Shown: positions 1 through 9,252, numbered from the stretch's first letter. The stretch: 34,897 nt of DNA from a bacterium (GCA_030648495.1 JAUSHV010000030.1:1-34897); one strand, 5' to 3'. The notes: generated by a model not told the origin, from the sequence alone. Made by a program: numbers and translations.

Positions 1-186
1 TCCAAAAAAGGCAGATATTTCTTTGGTTGCTCCAAATGGCCTAAGTGTGATTTCGTCGCCTGGGCGCTCCCCGGATCTCCCGAAGATATAAAACAAAAAG
101 AAAGGGCGGCTGCTAAAGCCGCAGCCGCAGAAAATTCTGGAGAAAAAGAAAAAGCCCCCGAAGAGGCTTTCAATACGCCGATGTAG
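1..186 (+). CDS. topA: DNA topoisomerase I, C-terminal fragment (5'-partial)
   Basis: Frame 1 reads SKKGRYFFGCSKWPKCDFVAW...PM*, matching the topoisomerase I C4 zinc-ribbon repeat (GrFyGCsnyPkC.f..W), followed by a charged tail. TAG at 184-186. Not in the ORF track. Confidence 0.8.
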   Translation, partial: SKKGRYFFGCSKWPKCDFVAWALPGSPEDIKQKERAAAKAAAAENSGEKEKAPEEAFNTPM

Positions 187-1228
187 GCGTACGGTGATGA
201 GGTTGTTTGGAATCTCTGCCGGAAATCCATTCGATTAGATCGAGAGGAAGTATGGTCCAATAAGCAGGATGGTCGAGAAACAAGCCTTCATTTAATCTTT
301 CTAAAATTTCATAGTTGGTTACGGTGTCCGCGGCGCGAATAGCAATTTCATCAAGGCTATGCCTATGAATAACAGCCCCTGAATCAACTTTAGCAGCCAA
401 TTTGGAATTATATACCAAAACGCCTTGATGCCTTTTGGCTTTGGGTATTTCGTAATCTGCAATCGCGGCAATTTGCCCGATATTTGAAAGTTCTTTAAGA
501 GTGCTTCCTTCTTTTTTGGCACGACCTTGATAAAGTACTGGAGCGAGTTTGGCTAGTTTATAGAAACGGAAAATATATGCTTCATCTAATGGTGGAAAAT
601 AAGTATTCATCACCGAAACATCTCCGCCAAAGGACGTCGGGAAACGATGCACTAACAAAGTCACTAGCCTTGCGGCGTCCCACCCGGCCTCTTCATAGAT
701 ATTAATCGGGTCTCCTGCAAACTTAGTTTTTAAAACATCAATGAGCTCTCTGATATTCCAAAAGCGCCATTCCAAAAAAGGGATGTCCGTCACTCCGCAA
801 AAAAATTTCCGTGCGGTTTCCAAATTTTCAAAATGAGGTTCAAGCAGCTCCGCAGTAATCGGCAATTCCCCAAAAGCCCGTAGAAAACATCTGTCCATTG
901 CAAAAGCGCCTGAAAAATTTTTGCCTCCCGGATTTTCAACTTCGAATTTTTTTGGAAATTCCGGAAGCCAATAAGCAAAATTGATTGCTCCGGTCACAAT
1001 TACCCACCTTGCAAAAGCCGTATCAGATGCCGGATAAAGCCCGGGAATAGTCCAATGCTCTATTTTTTTGCCTTGCAATTTCAACCACAAAACATATTTA
1101 TTCAGCGCTTCGTCTGAAATATGCACCCTTGAAGCGAGGGTTTCGGGCCATTTTTTTTGAAGTTTACGCCAATTCTTGACCACTTCCTGATCGCACGGCA
1201 AATAATTTGTTAGCATCAAAATTCTCAA
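170..1228 (-). CDS. Queuosine salvage family protein (DUF2419/QNG1-like Q-nucleotide N-glycosylase)
   Basis: Motifs AINFAYW, FYKLAKL (cf. FxKRAQL), IADYEIP (cf. FADYRVP), EIAIRAA and C-terminal PHHRT. Start uncertain: TTG 1228 or ATG 1216. Confidence 0.75.
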   Translation of the reverse strand: MRILMLTNYLPCDQEVVKNWRKLQKKWPETLASRVHISDEALNKYVLWLKLQGKKIEHWTIPGLYPASDTAFARWVIVTGAINFAYWLPEFPKKFEVENPGGKNFSGAFAMDRCFLRAFGELPITAELLEPHFENLETARKFFCGVTDIPFLEWRFWNIRELIDVLKTKFAGDPINIYEEAGWDAARLVTLLVHRFPTSFGGDVSVMNTYFPPLDEAYIFRFYKLAKLAPVLYQGRAKKEGSTLKELSNIGQIAAIADYEIPKAKRHQGVLVYNSKLAAKVDSGAVIHRHSLDEIAIRAADTVTNYEILERLNEGLFLDHPAYWTILPLDLIEWISGRDSKQPHHRTPTSAY

Positions 1229-1297
1229 ATCTAGCTATAGATTAACAAATACCATGTCATTGTCAATTGATAATTCGCGCGCTAAAATATTATTACA

Positions 1298-3010
1298 ATG
1301 TCTTGGGAAGAATATGAAAAAAAACTTACCGAACTCGGCTATAAAGAAGCTGCGGTAGAAAAAATAAAACCTGTTTTTCTATTTGCCGGGAAAACACATG
1401 AACATGAAAAAAGGGAGTCGGGAGAGCCATATTTCATCCATCCCATAGCCGTATCTTTGAGCATTGCTCATCTAAAGCTTGATGCGGATACAATATCGGC
1501 CGCACTTCTGCATGACGTTGTAGAAAACCAAGGAGTAAAAATAGAAACGATAAAAAAACAATTCGGGCCTGAAGTGGCTTTTTTAGTTGAAGGAGTTACC
1601 AAGGTAGACAAGGTCCGCTACCGCGGTGTAGAGCGCGCGATAGAATCATTAAGAAAAATGTTCCTGGCTTTGGCAGAGGACATCCGCGTCGTCATCATCA
1701 AACTCATGGACAGAAAACACAATATGGAAACGCTTGGGCCTTTGCCGCCTGACAAACAAAAAAGGATTGCTCTCGAAACCCTGGAACTCTATGCTCCCTT
1801 GGCCGACCGTCTGGGAATGTGGGAGATAAAAGCAAAATTGGAAGATCTGGCGTTCCCATACATTTATCCTGATGAATACAAATGGCTGCAAGACCAGATT
1901 AAAGAAAGAAAAGCGGTGGGCGAAGAATATTTAAAAACATTAAAACCCATAATCGAAGACGCGTTAAAAAAAGAAGGTATCGAAAAAATGCGTATTGTTT
2001 ACCGCGCCAAAAATCTTCTTTCAATCTGGAGAAAGCTTCTCCGGAACGAAATGAATTTCGACCGCATCATGGACCTGATCGCCATGCGGATTATCGTGGA
2101 TTCGGTGGAAGAGTGCTACAAAGCTCTGGGTATTTTGCATAAAGTGTGGAAACCTGTTCCGGGCCATATAAAAGATTTCATCGCGCTTCCAAAGCCAAAC
2201 GGCTACCAAAGCTTGCATACTTATGTCTTCGGCCCGGGGAAAAAAATTGTAAGCTTCCATATAAGAACGGAGGCTATGAATGAAGAAGCCGAACATGGCA
2301 TCGCTGCGCACTGGTTCTATGAAGCAGGCGGGAAAAAAGCGATCACCAAAAAGATGGACGAACAAAAATTCGCATGGGTCCGCCAGCTGCAGGAATGGCA
2401 GAAGGAACATGCTGACGGAGGAAGCGCCGAAACTTTATCGGCGCTCAAAATTGATTTTTTTAAGAACAGGATATTTGTTTTCACCCCAAAGGGCGATGTA
2501 ATAGACCTTCCTGAAGGAGCCACGCCAATCGATTTTGCCTACCATGTACATTCGGAAATCGGAAACAAAATGTCCGGAGCCAAAATTAATAATAAAATGG
2601 TCCAGTTTTCGCATAAGCTCGCCTCCGGAGACACGGTCGAAATATTGACTCAAAAAAACAAAAAACCGACCAAAGATTGGCTGGAATTCGCAAAGACATC
2701 TTTAGCCAAAGGGCATATCAGGTCTTTTTTAAGAAAAGAAGGAATTCTAGAGGTGCCGGCCAAGAAAAAAGAGAAATTCGAAGCCGTAATGACAGTAAAA
2801 GATCGGTTAGGGCTTCTCCGCGACATCACAACTGTGTTTTCTAATTTGAATATTAACATTGTCGGGACAAAATCAGGCGCTCTTACCCGCGAACATCACC
2901 GCATTACAATCGGCTTTTTACCAAACAAAAAAATATCTCACACAAAAATCCTCACCTCGCTCAAGCAAATCAAGAATGTTGAAAGCGTGGCGATTAAAGA
3001 GATAAAATAG
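1298..3010 (+). CDS. rel: RelA/SpoT homologue (HD, synthetase-like, TGS, ACT domains), short form
   Basis: RESGEPYFIHP, LLHDVVE, YAPLADRLG, PKPNGYQSLHT, GIAAHW, TGS (FTPKG...ATPIDFAY.VHS) and C-terminal ACT (DRLGLLRDIT). Confidence 0.93.
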   Translation: MSWEEYEKKLTELGYKEAAVEKIKPVFLFAGKTHEHEKRESGEPYFIHPIAVSLSIAHLKLDADTISAALLHDVVENQGVKIETIKKQFGPEVAFLVEGVTKVDKVRYRGVERAIESLRKMFLALAEDIRVVIIKLMDRKHNMETLGPLPPDKQKRIALETLELYAPLADRLGMWEIKAKLEDLAFPYIYPDEYKWLQDQIKERKAVGEEYLKTLKPIIEDALKKEGIEKMRIVYRAKNLLSIWRKLLRNEMNFDRIMDLIAMRIIVDSVEECYKALGILHKVWKPVPGHIKDFIALPKPNGYQSLHTYVFGPGKKIVSFHIRTEAMNEEAEHGIAAHWFYEAGGKKAITKKMDEQKFAWVRQLQEWQKEHADGGSAETLSALKIDFFKNRIFVFTPKGDVIDLPEGATPIDFAYHVHSEIGNKMSGAKINNKMVQFSHKLASGDTVEILTQKNKKPTKDWLEFAKTSLAKGHIRSFLRKEGILEVPAKKKEKFEAVMTVKDRLGLLRDITTVFSNLNINIVGTKSGALTREHHRITIGFLPNKKISHTKILTSLKQIKNVESVAIKEIK

Positions 3011-3020
3011 AAGCGTTTTT

Positions 3021-3878
3021 TTACGCGATAGAAATTTGCGTCGGGAGAATTTTGTCGGAGATAGATTTTAGTTCCTCTTCGGAAAAAAATTCAATGGAGA
3101 TTTTGCCTGAGTTGCCTTTGGCTTTGCGCTCAATGTGAACGCGCGTGCCCAAAGCATTCTCCAATTTTTGCTGGAGATTCCGCGTATCCGGGTCAAGCGC
3201 CGCGCGCGCGCGCTCAACAGCTATGCTCCTCGCCGCCCTTTCAGCTTCCCTGACCGAAAGATTACTCGTTAAAATATTCGAATAAAGCTGTTTTTGATCT
3301 TCGGGATGGTCGGTAAGCATCAATAATGGCCGCGTATGCCCTTCTGAAATTTTACCTTCGGCCACGGCCTGCTGCATATCTCCCGGCAAAGTAAGAAGAC
3401 GTAGAGTATTCGCAACTACTTCCCTGCTTTTGCCTATTTTCTCCGCAACTTCGCGTTGAAGCATCCCGAACTCGTCAATCAATTTTTTAAACGCCCGCGC
3501 TTTTTCCATTGGGTTCAAATCCTCTCGCTGAAGATTTTCAACAAGTGCCAATTCCAGTTTCACTTTATTTGAAGTGTCATCGCGGATGATGACCGGAATT
3601 TGTGCGAGCCCAATCAGCTTCGCGGCGCGGAGCCTCCTCTCGCCCGCCAAGAGTTCGTATTCAACGGCTAACCTTGACCCCGCATCGGAGCCTATTTTTT
3701 CTTTTCTCGTCACTACAATAGGTTGTAAAACACCGTATTCCCTGATGGATTCAGCGAGGTCTTTTAGCGCGCCTTCCTCAAATTCCCGTCTTGGCTGATA
3801 AGGGTTGGGCACTATCCTGTCCAGCTCTATCCAAAATACGGATTCTTTTCGTTTTTCTTGTATATTTTGTTGGTCCAT
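3021..3878 (-). CDS. parB: ParB/Spo0J chromosome partitioning protein
   Basis: PNPYQPRR, GVLQPIVV, AGERRLRA, ALVENLQREDL and HTH. Start set at ATG 3878 because the longer ORF runs through the tRNA. Confidence 0.93.
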   Translation of the reverse strand: MDQQNIQEKRKESVFWIELDRIVPNPYQPRREFEEGALKDLAESIREYGVLQPIVVTRKEKIGSDAGSRLAVEYELLAGERRLRAAKLIGLAQIPVIIRDDTSNKVKLELALVENLQREDLNPMEKARAFKKLIDEFGMLQREVAEKIGKSREVVANTLRLLTLPGDMQQAVAEGKISEGHTRPLLMLTDHPEDQKQLYSNILTSNLSVREAERAARSIAVERARAALDPDTRNLQQKLENALGTRVHIERKAKGNSGKISIEFFSEEELKSISDKILPTQISIA

Positions 3879-3895
3879 AATTTTAATAATACCAG

Positions 3896-3976
3896 TGCCC
3901 GAGGTGGGAGTCGAACCCACATGCCTTGCGGCACACGATTTTGAGTCGTGCGCGTCTGCCATTCCGCCACTCGGGC
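3896..3976 (-). tRNA. tRNA-Leu(CAA), CCA not encoded
   Basis: GCCCGAG/CTCGGGC acceptor stem, D-arm TGGCGGAATGGCAGACGC, anticodon arm CACGA-CT-CAA-AA-TCGTG, long variable arm, T-arm GTGGG-TTCGACT-CCCAC, discriminator A. Confidence 0.97.
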
Positions 3977-3994
3977 AAATTATCCTCTGGGCTT

Positions 3995-4525
3995 TTACTT
4001 ATATTGTAGCTTTTTAAATAAAACTTCAAGTAGCCAGGCTGAAAAGATACCCACCACCGCTCCTACAAAAATATCCGACGGCCAATGGACGCCTGCAGCA
4101 ACACGGGCCAATCCCATCGAAACCGCCGCCAAAAAAAACAATATACTTGTTTTGGGGTAGTAATAGTAAACGGCAAAAGCCACCGCGAAAGAAAAGGCAG
4201 CGTGTCCCGATGGCATTGCTCCGCCGGTGCTTTCGCTTATCAATTGATGAACGCCCTGCAAAACAGCGAATGGACGAGCCCGGTCCCATATTAAAACTAT
4301 AATCGGCTTAAAAATAAATCTCGCTAAAATTCCTGCGGAGAAAGCATGTACAATGACCCATTTCACGCGCGTTTGATTTTTATCGAACACAAAGAATGCG
4401 AAAACCGCTACTATCATTACATAGAGCAGATATTCGGCTTTAAAAATTATCCCCCAGTCATAAAAATCATTTATCCCCGCCCACGAATTGAGCCAGCGGA
4501 AAATTGAAAGGTCAATTTGATACAT
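3995..4525 (-). CDS. PAP2-family membrane phosphatase (BcrC-like undecaprenyl-diphosphatase)
   Basis: K-x6-RP (KPIIVLIWDRARP), PSGH and ARVAAGVHWPSD motifs; hydrophobic helices. Confidence 0.9.
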   Translation of the reverse strand: MYQIDLSIFRWLNSWAGINDFYDWGIIFKAEYLLYVMIVAVFAFFVFDKNQTRVKWVIVHAFSAGILARFIFKPIIVLIWDRARPFAVLQGVHQLISESTGGAMPSGHAAFSFAVAFAVYYYYPKTSILFFLAAVSMGLARVAAGVHWPSDIFVGAVVGIFSAWLLEVLFKKLQYK

Positions 4526-4543
4526 AGCTATATCTTACCCCAC

Positions 4544-4572
4544 TTGACACTAAAAACAAACGGTGCTAGGGT
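4544..4572 (+). promoter_or_regulatory. sigma70-type promoter
   Basis: TTGACA (4544-4549), 17-bp spacer, TGn-TAGGGT (4567-4572). Confidence 0.6.
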
Positions 4573-4603
4573 GGTGGGAGAAGCAAAAAACAGGGAGGAA
4601 TAT

Positions 4604-4993
4604 ATGGGAGTAAGAATAGCCGATTATCCAGAAACGCCCAAAAATTCAGATAAAATAATGAAGGTGGCAAGATACCACGATCACGAAACAGTAGAAGAGG
4701 TAAATGTGTCGGAGTTGGCAAAGAACATATTGACCGCCGGTAGCAATGTCGCTGGGCGATACGCCTACGTAAAAGATTTCCCGCGCTTCGAATGTTCTAT
4801 CGGGATTCCTGACTTTGTAACGTTGGAAAAAAATATTACGGACTACTTCAGCAAGTATAATGCTGATTGCCTCAAAAGATTTGCCAAAAGAGAAACCGAG
4901 CATACTGCGGAGCGCGTAAAAAACTTAGCCGAAAAACTTGGAATTGCAGTCGAAGAAAGCAAACCAATCAGCGGCGTGCCAATGCTGGAATAA
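4604..4993 (+). CDS. Hypothetical protein (~129 aa)
   Basis: ATG 4604 preceded by SD-like GGGAGG; flanked by its own promoter and terminator. No motif recognised. Confidence 0.7.
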   Translation: MGVRIADYPETPKNSDKIMKVARYHDHETVEEVNVSELAKNILTAGSNVAGRYAYVKDFPRFECSIGIPDFVTLEKNITDYFSKYNADCLKRFAKRETEHTAERVKNLAEKLGIAVEESKPISGVPMLE

Positions 4994-5001
4994 ATTATCA
5001 T

Positions 5002-5033
5002 CCTCGGACTTGTGTCCGAGGGTTTTATTTTTT
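5002..5033 (+). terminator. Intrinsic terminator
   Basis: CCTCGGAC-TTGT-GTCCGAGG followed by a T-rich tract, between convergent genes. Confidence 0.75.
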
Positions 5034-5843
5034 CGTCAACTCCACCAAATTTTTAAAAAGCATGGCGACGGTAAGAGGACCGACGCCGCCGGGGACGGGA
5101 GTAAAGAGTGATGCTTTTTCAGAAATTTTTGGATCCATGTCGCCGACAACTTTGCTTTTTGATTCTGAAGTTCCGCAATCTATTGCAATAACTCCTTCTT
5201 TTACCATTTCCATTTTTATAAAATTCGGTTTGCCAACGCCTGAAATTAAAATATCGCAGTTTAGTGTATATGCCTTAGAATCAAGAGTATTTTCGTCTAT
5301 AACAGTTACGGCAGCACCTTGATTTATAAGCCATGCCGCAACCGGCTTCCCAACTAAACGCCCTGCTCCCAAAACCACTGCGCGTTTCCCACGCGGTTCC
5401 ACAGAATTTTTTTCTAATATTAACTTAACCGCTCCGACAATCGGAGGCAAAATTTTAGAACGCCCGGATGTAAAAAGCCCGATACTTTTTGAAGAAAGTG
5501 TGTCCGGGTCTTTTTCCGGAATTATCGCATCCAAAATATATTGGGTGTTAATTTGTTTTGGCAGAGGCAACTGGACTATAACTCCCGTATTTTCTTTAAC
5601 ATGAATTACCTCTGAAATTTTTTCGCGCAGCTTGGTCGTGGAAATTTCCTCCGACAATTTATAAACTCTTACATCAATTCCGACTGCGCTGCCGAACTTC
5701 TTTTTTTGCTCCAAAAATTTTTCGGTAACCGGGTCGTTGCCCACTTGAATAACCGCTAACCTGATCTTTTTATCAAATTTTAAAACCTCGCTCGCAAGCG
5801 AGGCCTTTATTTCTTCCGCCAATTTTTTGCCATCAACGATCAT
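5025..5843 (-). CDS. folD: Methylenetetrahydrofolate dehydrogenase/cyclohydrolase
   Basis: MIVDGKKLA, GVIVQLPLP, GRLVGKP, VVGD, TPVPGGVGPLTVAML. Confidence 0.93.
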   Translation of the reverse strand: MIVDGKKLAEEIKASLASEVLKFDKKIRLAVIQVGNDPVTEKFLEQKKKFGSAVGIDVRVYKLSEEISTTKLREKISEVIHVKENTGVIVQLPLPKQINTQYILDAIIPEKDPDTLSSKSIGLFTSGRSKILPPIVGAVKLILEKNSVEPRGKRAVVLGAGRLVGKPVAAWLINQGAAVTVIDENTLDSKAYTLNCDILISGVGKPNFIKMEMVKEGVIAIDCGTSESKSKVVGDMDPKISEKASLFTPVPGGVGPLTVAMLFKNLVELTKK

Positions 5844-7000
5844 GATTTTGTTAAAATCCTATCGATCCTTTCCGCAATCTTCACCATATCTTTTTCTTTC
5901 ATTCCTTGGGTTGTAACCGCGGCCGTGCCGACACGGATGCCCGATGGGTCGAATGGGGAGCGTGTATCGTATGGAATAGTATTTTTATTTACTATGATTC
6001 CTTTTTTCTCCAAAAGTTCTTCCGCTGCCTTTCCGGAAATCTCGCGCGCCCAGGTATCCATTAAAAACAAATGCGAGTCTGTGCCGCCGGAAATTATCCT
6101 CCAACCCAATTTGTTAAGTTCCTTTGACAAAGCTCTCGCATTTTTCACAATCTGTTTTGCATATTTTTTGAATGCGGGACTTGTCGCTTCTTTTAGAGCT
6201 ACTGCAACAGCCGCAATTTGATTTACATGCGGACCGCCCTGCAAGCCGGGAAAAACGGCTTTATCGATGGCTTGAGACAATTCTTTTTTTGAAAATATTA
6301 TCGCGCTCCTTGGCCCCCGCAGAGTTTTATGAGTAGTTGTCGTGACGATATCCGCATATGGAAACGGGGAGGGATATGCGCCTCCGGCAACAAGGCCGGC
6401 GAAATGAGACATATCAATCATTAAAAGCGCCTCAACTTCGTCCGCAATTTTTCTTAATTTTTTAAAATCAATAATGCGCGAGTAGGCCGTGAATCCGGCA
6501 ACGATTAATTTTGGTTTTTCTCGCTTAGCTATTTTTCTAATTTCATCGTAATTTAACAACTCCGTTTTTTTATCTACTCCGAAATGAATCCATTTCCAAA
6601 GCTTGCCGGTCGCGCTCACAGAGTGTCCGTGTGTTAGGTGTCCTCCCATCGGAAGCGACATGCCCATTATTTTTGCCCTAAGCGGCACCAGTGCCAGATA
6701 AACCGCGAGGTTTGCGGGAGAACCGGAATAGGGCTGGACATTAACTCCCCACTTTGCAGAAGATAATCTAAAAAGTTTTAATGCCCGCCCTTTCGCCAAA
6801 TTTTCAACTTTATCTACTATTTCATTTCCGCCATAATATCTCTTGCCCGGGTAACCCTCAGCATATTTATTTGTAAAAACCGAACCAAGCACCTTCAAAA
6901 CATCCTCCGAAACATAATTTTCCGACGCGATTAAATTAATCACGTCCTTTTGCCGCCTCTCTTCCAGCTTTATTAACCGCCCAATTTCTTTGTCTCGCAT
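5840..7000 (-). CDS. glyA: Serine hydroxymethyltransferase
   Basis: LIASENY, NKYAEGYPGKRYYGG, GGHLTHG, TTTTHKTLRGPR (PLP lysine). Confidence 0.97.
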   Translation of the reverse strand: MRDKEIGRLIKLEERRQKDVINLIASENYVSEDVLKVLGSVFTNKYAEGYPGKRYYGGNEIVDKVENLAKGRALKLFRLSSAKWGVNVQPYSGSPANLAVYLALVPLRAKIMGMSLPMGGHLTHGHSVSATGKLWKWIHFGVDKKTELLNYDEIRKIAKREKPKLIVAGFTAYSRIIDFKKLRKIADEVEALLMIDMSHFAGLVAGGAYPSPFPYADIVTTTTHKTLRGPRSAIIFSKKELSQAIDKAVFPGLQGGPHVNQIAAVAVALKEATSPAFKKYAKQIVKNARALSKELNKLGWRIISGGTDSHLFLMDTWAREISGKAAEELLEKKGIIVNKNTIPYDTRSPFDPSGIRVGTAAVTTQGMKEKDMVKIAERIDRILTKS

Positions 7001-7007
7001 TTTCGTA

Positions 7008-7976
7008 TTATAGCAACGAAATTAACACTTTAGCGAGTTTTTGGCGGGGATTGTGACGGATGAATGGCCCGTCGTCCAAAAGGTCGGCAAAAATATATTT
7101 TGAACTATTATTGTTAGAAACCGAGCTTCTAACAATTGGGGGGTCGATAAATTCCGCCTTTTCTTTTTTGTATCTTTTAAGCACTTTTGCGTGTGGTTTT
7201 CTATTGTTGAAAACGGCATAATCTAAACCGCCGTGCCCTAAATATTTTTCTATCTCGCCTATAAAATCCTCCGCTTTAAAATCATGCGTCTCTCCGAATT
7301 TAGTCATAAGATTACAAACATAAACTTTTTTTGCCTTTGATTTTTTTAACGCCTCCGGAACCCCTTTAACCAAAAGGTTTGGTATGAGGCTGGTATATAA
7401 ATCGCCGGGTCCTATGATGACCAAATCTGCTTCCAAAATCGCATTCTTTGCAGCGGCGTTAATTTTGGCAGAGGGGCTTAGCCAAACTTTTTCTATTTTT
7501 GCGCGCAATTTGGTTTTAGGAATATCTATATTTGTCTCGCCTTTTATTATTTTGCCGTCTGAAAGTTTTGCATTGAGCCTTACGTTGTCCAAAGTAACCG
7601 GCAATACTCTGCCGCGGACATTGAGTACGCGCGAAGCTTCAAGCACCGCGGAGGCAAAATCTCCTTTAATTTTTTCTAATGCGCTTAAAAAAATATTTCC
7701 GAAACTGTATCCGGCCAGTCCACCGCTTTCAAATCTATAATTGAAAAGTTTGCGCAATGTTTCGCTTTCCTGGGAAAGCGCGACTAAAGCCCGCCGCACA
7801 TCTCCGGGCGGCAAAACGCCATATTGGTCGCGCAAAATGCCTGTTGACCCGCCGTCATCAGCCATTGAAACGATAGCAGTAAGATCCAAGGGGTAACCCT
7901 TTAGAGCCGAGAGCACCATAAAAGTCCCCGTACCCCCGCCGATTACCACCACTTTCTTTTTTTTGGATTGCGACAT
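7008..7976 (-). CDS. yvcK: YvcK/GlmR (UPF0052) family protein
   Basis: VVVIGGGTG, ADDGGSTG.LR, PPGDVR, IGPGDLYTSLIPNLLV, NLMTKFGET. Confidence 0.9.
   Translation of the reverse strand: MSQSKKKKVVVIGGGTGTFMVLSALKGYPLDLTAIVSMADDGGSTGILRDQYGVLPPGDVRRALVALSQESETLRKLFNYRFESGGLAGYSFGNIFLSALEKIKGDFASAVLEASRVLNVRGRVLPVTLDNVRLNAKLSDGKIIKGETNIDIPKTKLRAKIEKVWLSPSAKINAAAKNAILEADLVIIGPGDLYTSLIPNLLVKGVPEALKKSKAKKVYVCNLMTKFGETHDFKAEDFIGEIEKYLGHGGLDYAVFNNRKPHAKVLKRYKKEKAEFIDPPIVRSSVSNNNSSKYIFADLLDDGPFIRHNPRQKLAKVLISLL
7110..7136. repeat. 27-bp palindrome inside yvcK, in frame (IVRSSVSNN)
   Basis: ATTGTTAGAA-ACCGAGC-TTCTAACAAT, with perfect 10-bp arms. Confidence 0.7.
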
Positions 7977-8015
7977 ATAACTATATTAGAACGACTTTGA
8001 AAAAGAAGGAGTAAC

Positions 8016-9002
8016 ATGCGAAGAAGTTCAAGCTACCACGATACTAGTTGGGCGGAGCTGTATAAATTTGGCGTAAAGTTCGCCTATCCTGAAAAGCCTG
8101 ACCGGTATAATATCGACGATTCTGTCCGGTTTGGCGAGGGCGTTATTATCTGGCCTGATGTGATTTTGGACGGAAACATTACCATCGGTAAAAATTCCGA
8201 AATAGGCAAAGGCGCCGTCATCATCGGGACAATATACATCGGCAACAATGTTAAGATTAAAGACTATATTAAAATAACCGGTGAAGGATATATTGGAGAC
8301 AACTCCGAAATCGGACACGACATCCATAACCCAAAAATCGGCACGAATTGCAAAATTGGCGACGCCGTAATCATTGACTCGATAATTTCCGACAACTGCG
8401 AGATAGGCACGCGAGGACACGCTGTAATTGAAAGATCGTTTCTCGGAACAGGTGTGAAAGCGAAGCACTCTTGCGGAATCAGAGATGCTTACATCGATTA
8501 TGACGTCAACATCAGCGAATTTGTTACCATCGCAAATCTTGCCGCGGGGAAAAAAAGCAGGACGAAAATCGGCAGCCGGACAATGATAGGCGTTGCGGTA
8601 AGAATTATGGGCGGCTCCGAAATAGGAGAAGAATGTTATATCGCCGACGGCGCGAGAGTGGATGGCACTCTTGCTCCGCGCACTTATTTCAATCCGGGCC
8701 GAGCATTAAAGAATACGCAATTCTGCGCTAGGCAAAGCAATTGCTCCTGGTATTTGGCAGGAATGTATCTTGTGCTGAAACGGGCAATTGGTCCGAAAGA
8801 GAGAATCTCTTTTCATGTAAAAGCATTTCAAAAATGCTGGCAAGACGGCGATGCGCTTAAAGAATGGTTAAAAACGCCAATTTTGCATTTGGGTGGCAGA
8901 ACGCCGCTTGAAGCTTTACAAACCGACGGCGAAAAAAACTTTGATTGTATCCTCGGTGAATGCAAATGCTCGAAACCGGAAGAAAAACCAGCACAAAAAT
9001 AG
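8016..9002 (+). CDS. GlmU C-terminal-like left-handed beta-helix protein with a C-terminal Xre/MbcA/ParS-like domain
   Basis: Hexapeptide repeats; GlmU-like segments YNIDDSVRFGEGVIIWPDVILDG and KHSCGIRDAYIDYDVNIS...KKSRTKIG; tail ALKEWLKTPILHLGGRTPLEALQT; SD AAGGAG. Confidence 0.7.
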   Translation: MRRSSSYHDTSWAELYKFGVKFAYPEKPDRYNIDDSVRFGEGVIIWPDVILDGNITIGKNSEIGKGAVIIGTIYIGNNVKIKDYIKITGEGYIGDNSEIGHDIHNPKIGTNCKIGDAVIIDSIISDNCEIGTRGHAVIERSFLGTGVKAKHSCGIRDAYIDYDVNISEFVTIANLAAGKKSRTKIGSRTMIGVAVRIMGGSEIGEECYIADGARVDGTLAPRTYFNPGRALKNTQFCARQSNCSWYLAGMYLVLKRAIGPKERISFHVKAFQKCWQDGDALKEWLKTPILHLGGRTPLEALQTDGEKNFDCILGECKCSKPEEKPAQK

Positions 9003-9034
9003 TGATTGTGCGATGTACCCGCCGCACCATATTG

Positions 9035-9062
9035 ACCAATCTCTTCGGAGATTGGTTTTTTT
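9035..9062 (+). terminator. Intrinsic terminator
   Basis: ACCAATCTC-TTCG-GAGATTGGT followed by a T run. Confidence 0.85.
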
Positions 9063-9068
9063 GCCTAC

Positions 9069-9091
9069 TGACATAAACTCGGTTTAGGTCA
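9069..9091. repeat. REP-like palindrome, copy 1
   Basis: TGACATAAAC-TCG-GTTTAGGTCA; 22/23 identical to 9533-9555. Confidence 0.8.
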
Positions 9092-9125
9092 TTTTGGGCT
9101 AATCCCATTCTACATTTTGTTACTG

Positions 9126-9148
9126 ACTTGGACACCGAGTGTCCAAGT
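9126..9148. repeat. REP-like palindrome with a different arm sequence
   Basis: ACTTGGACAC-CGA-GTGTCCAAGT; perfect 10-bp arms and the same ACCGAGT centre. Confidence 0.8.
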
Positions 9149-9222
9149 GCTCAAGATTTTTATAATCTGTGCTAATTTTTGGAGCCTGCCACGCTCCTTT
9201 TTGCGGGATCAAGTTTTTGGAC

Positions 9223-9252
9223 TTGACAGATTGTGGCTTAATATGCTATACT
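9223..9252 (+). promoter_or_regulatory. sigma70-type promoter
   Basis: TTGACA (9223-9228), 18-bp spacer, TGn-TATACT (9247-9252). Confidence 0.65.

Noticed and set aside
3197-3213. GC dinucleotide run in parB
   Set aside because: Explained by the codons for ERARAAL.
3879-3962. 28-aa N-terminal extension of ParB in the ORF track
   Set aside because: It is the tRNA-Leu sequence read in frame; ATG 3878 is the plausible start.
5786-5803. Hairpin CCTCGCT-CGCA-AGCGAGG in folD
   Set aside because: It lies in the normal N-terminal helix with no apparent insertion; probably chance.
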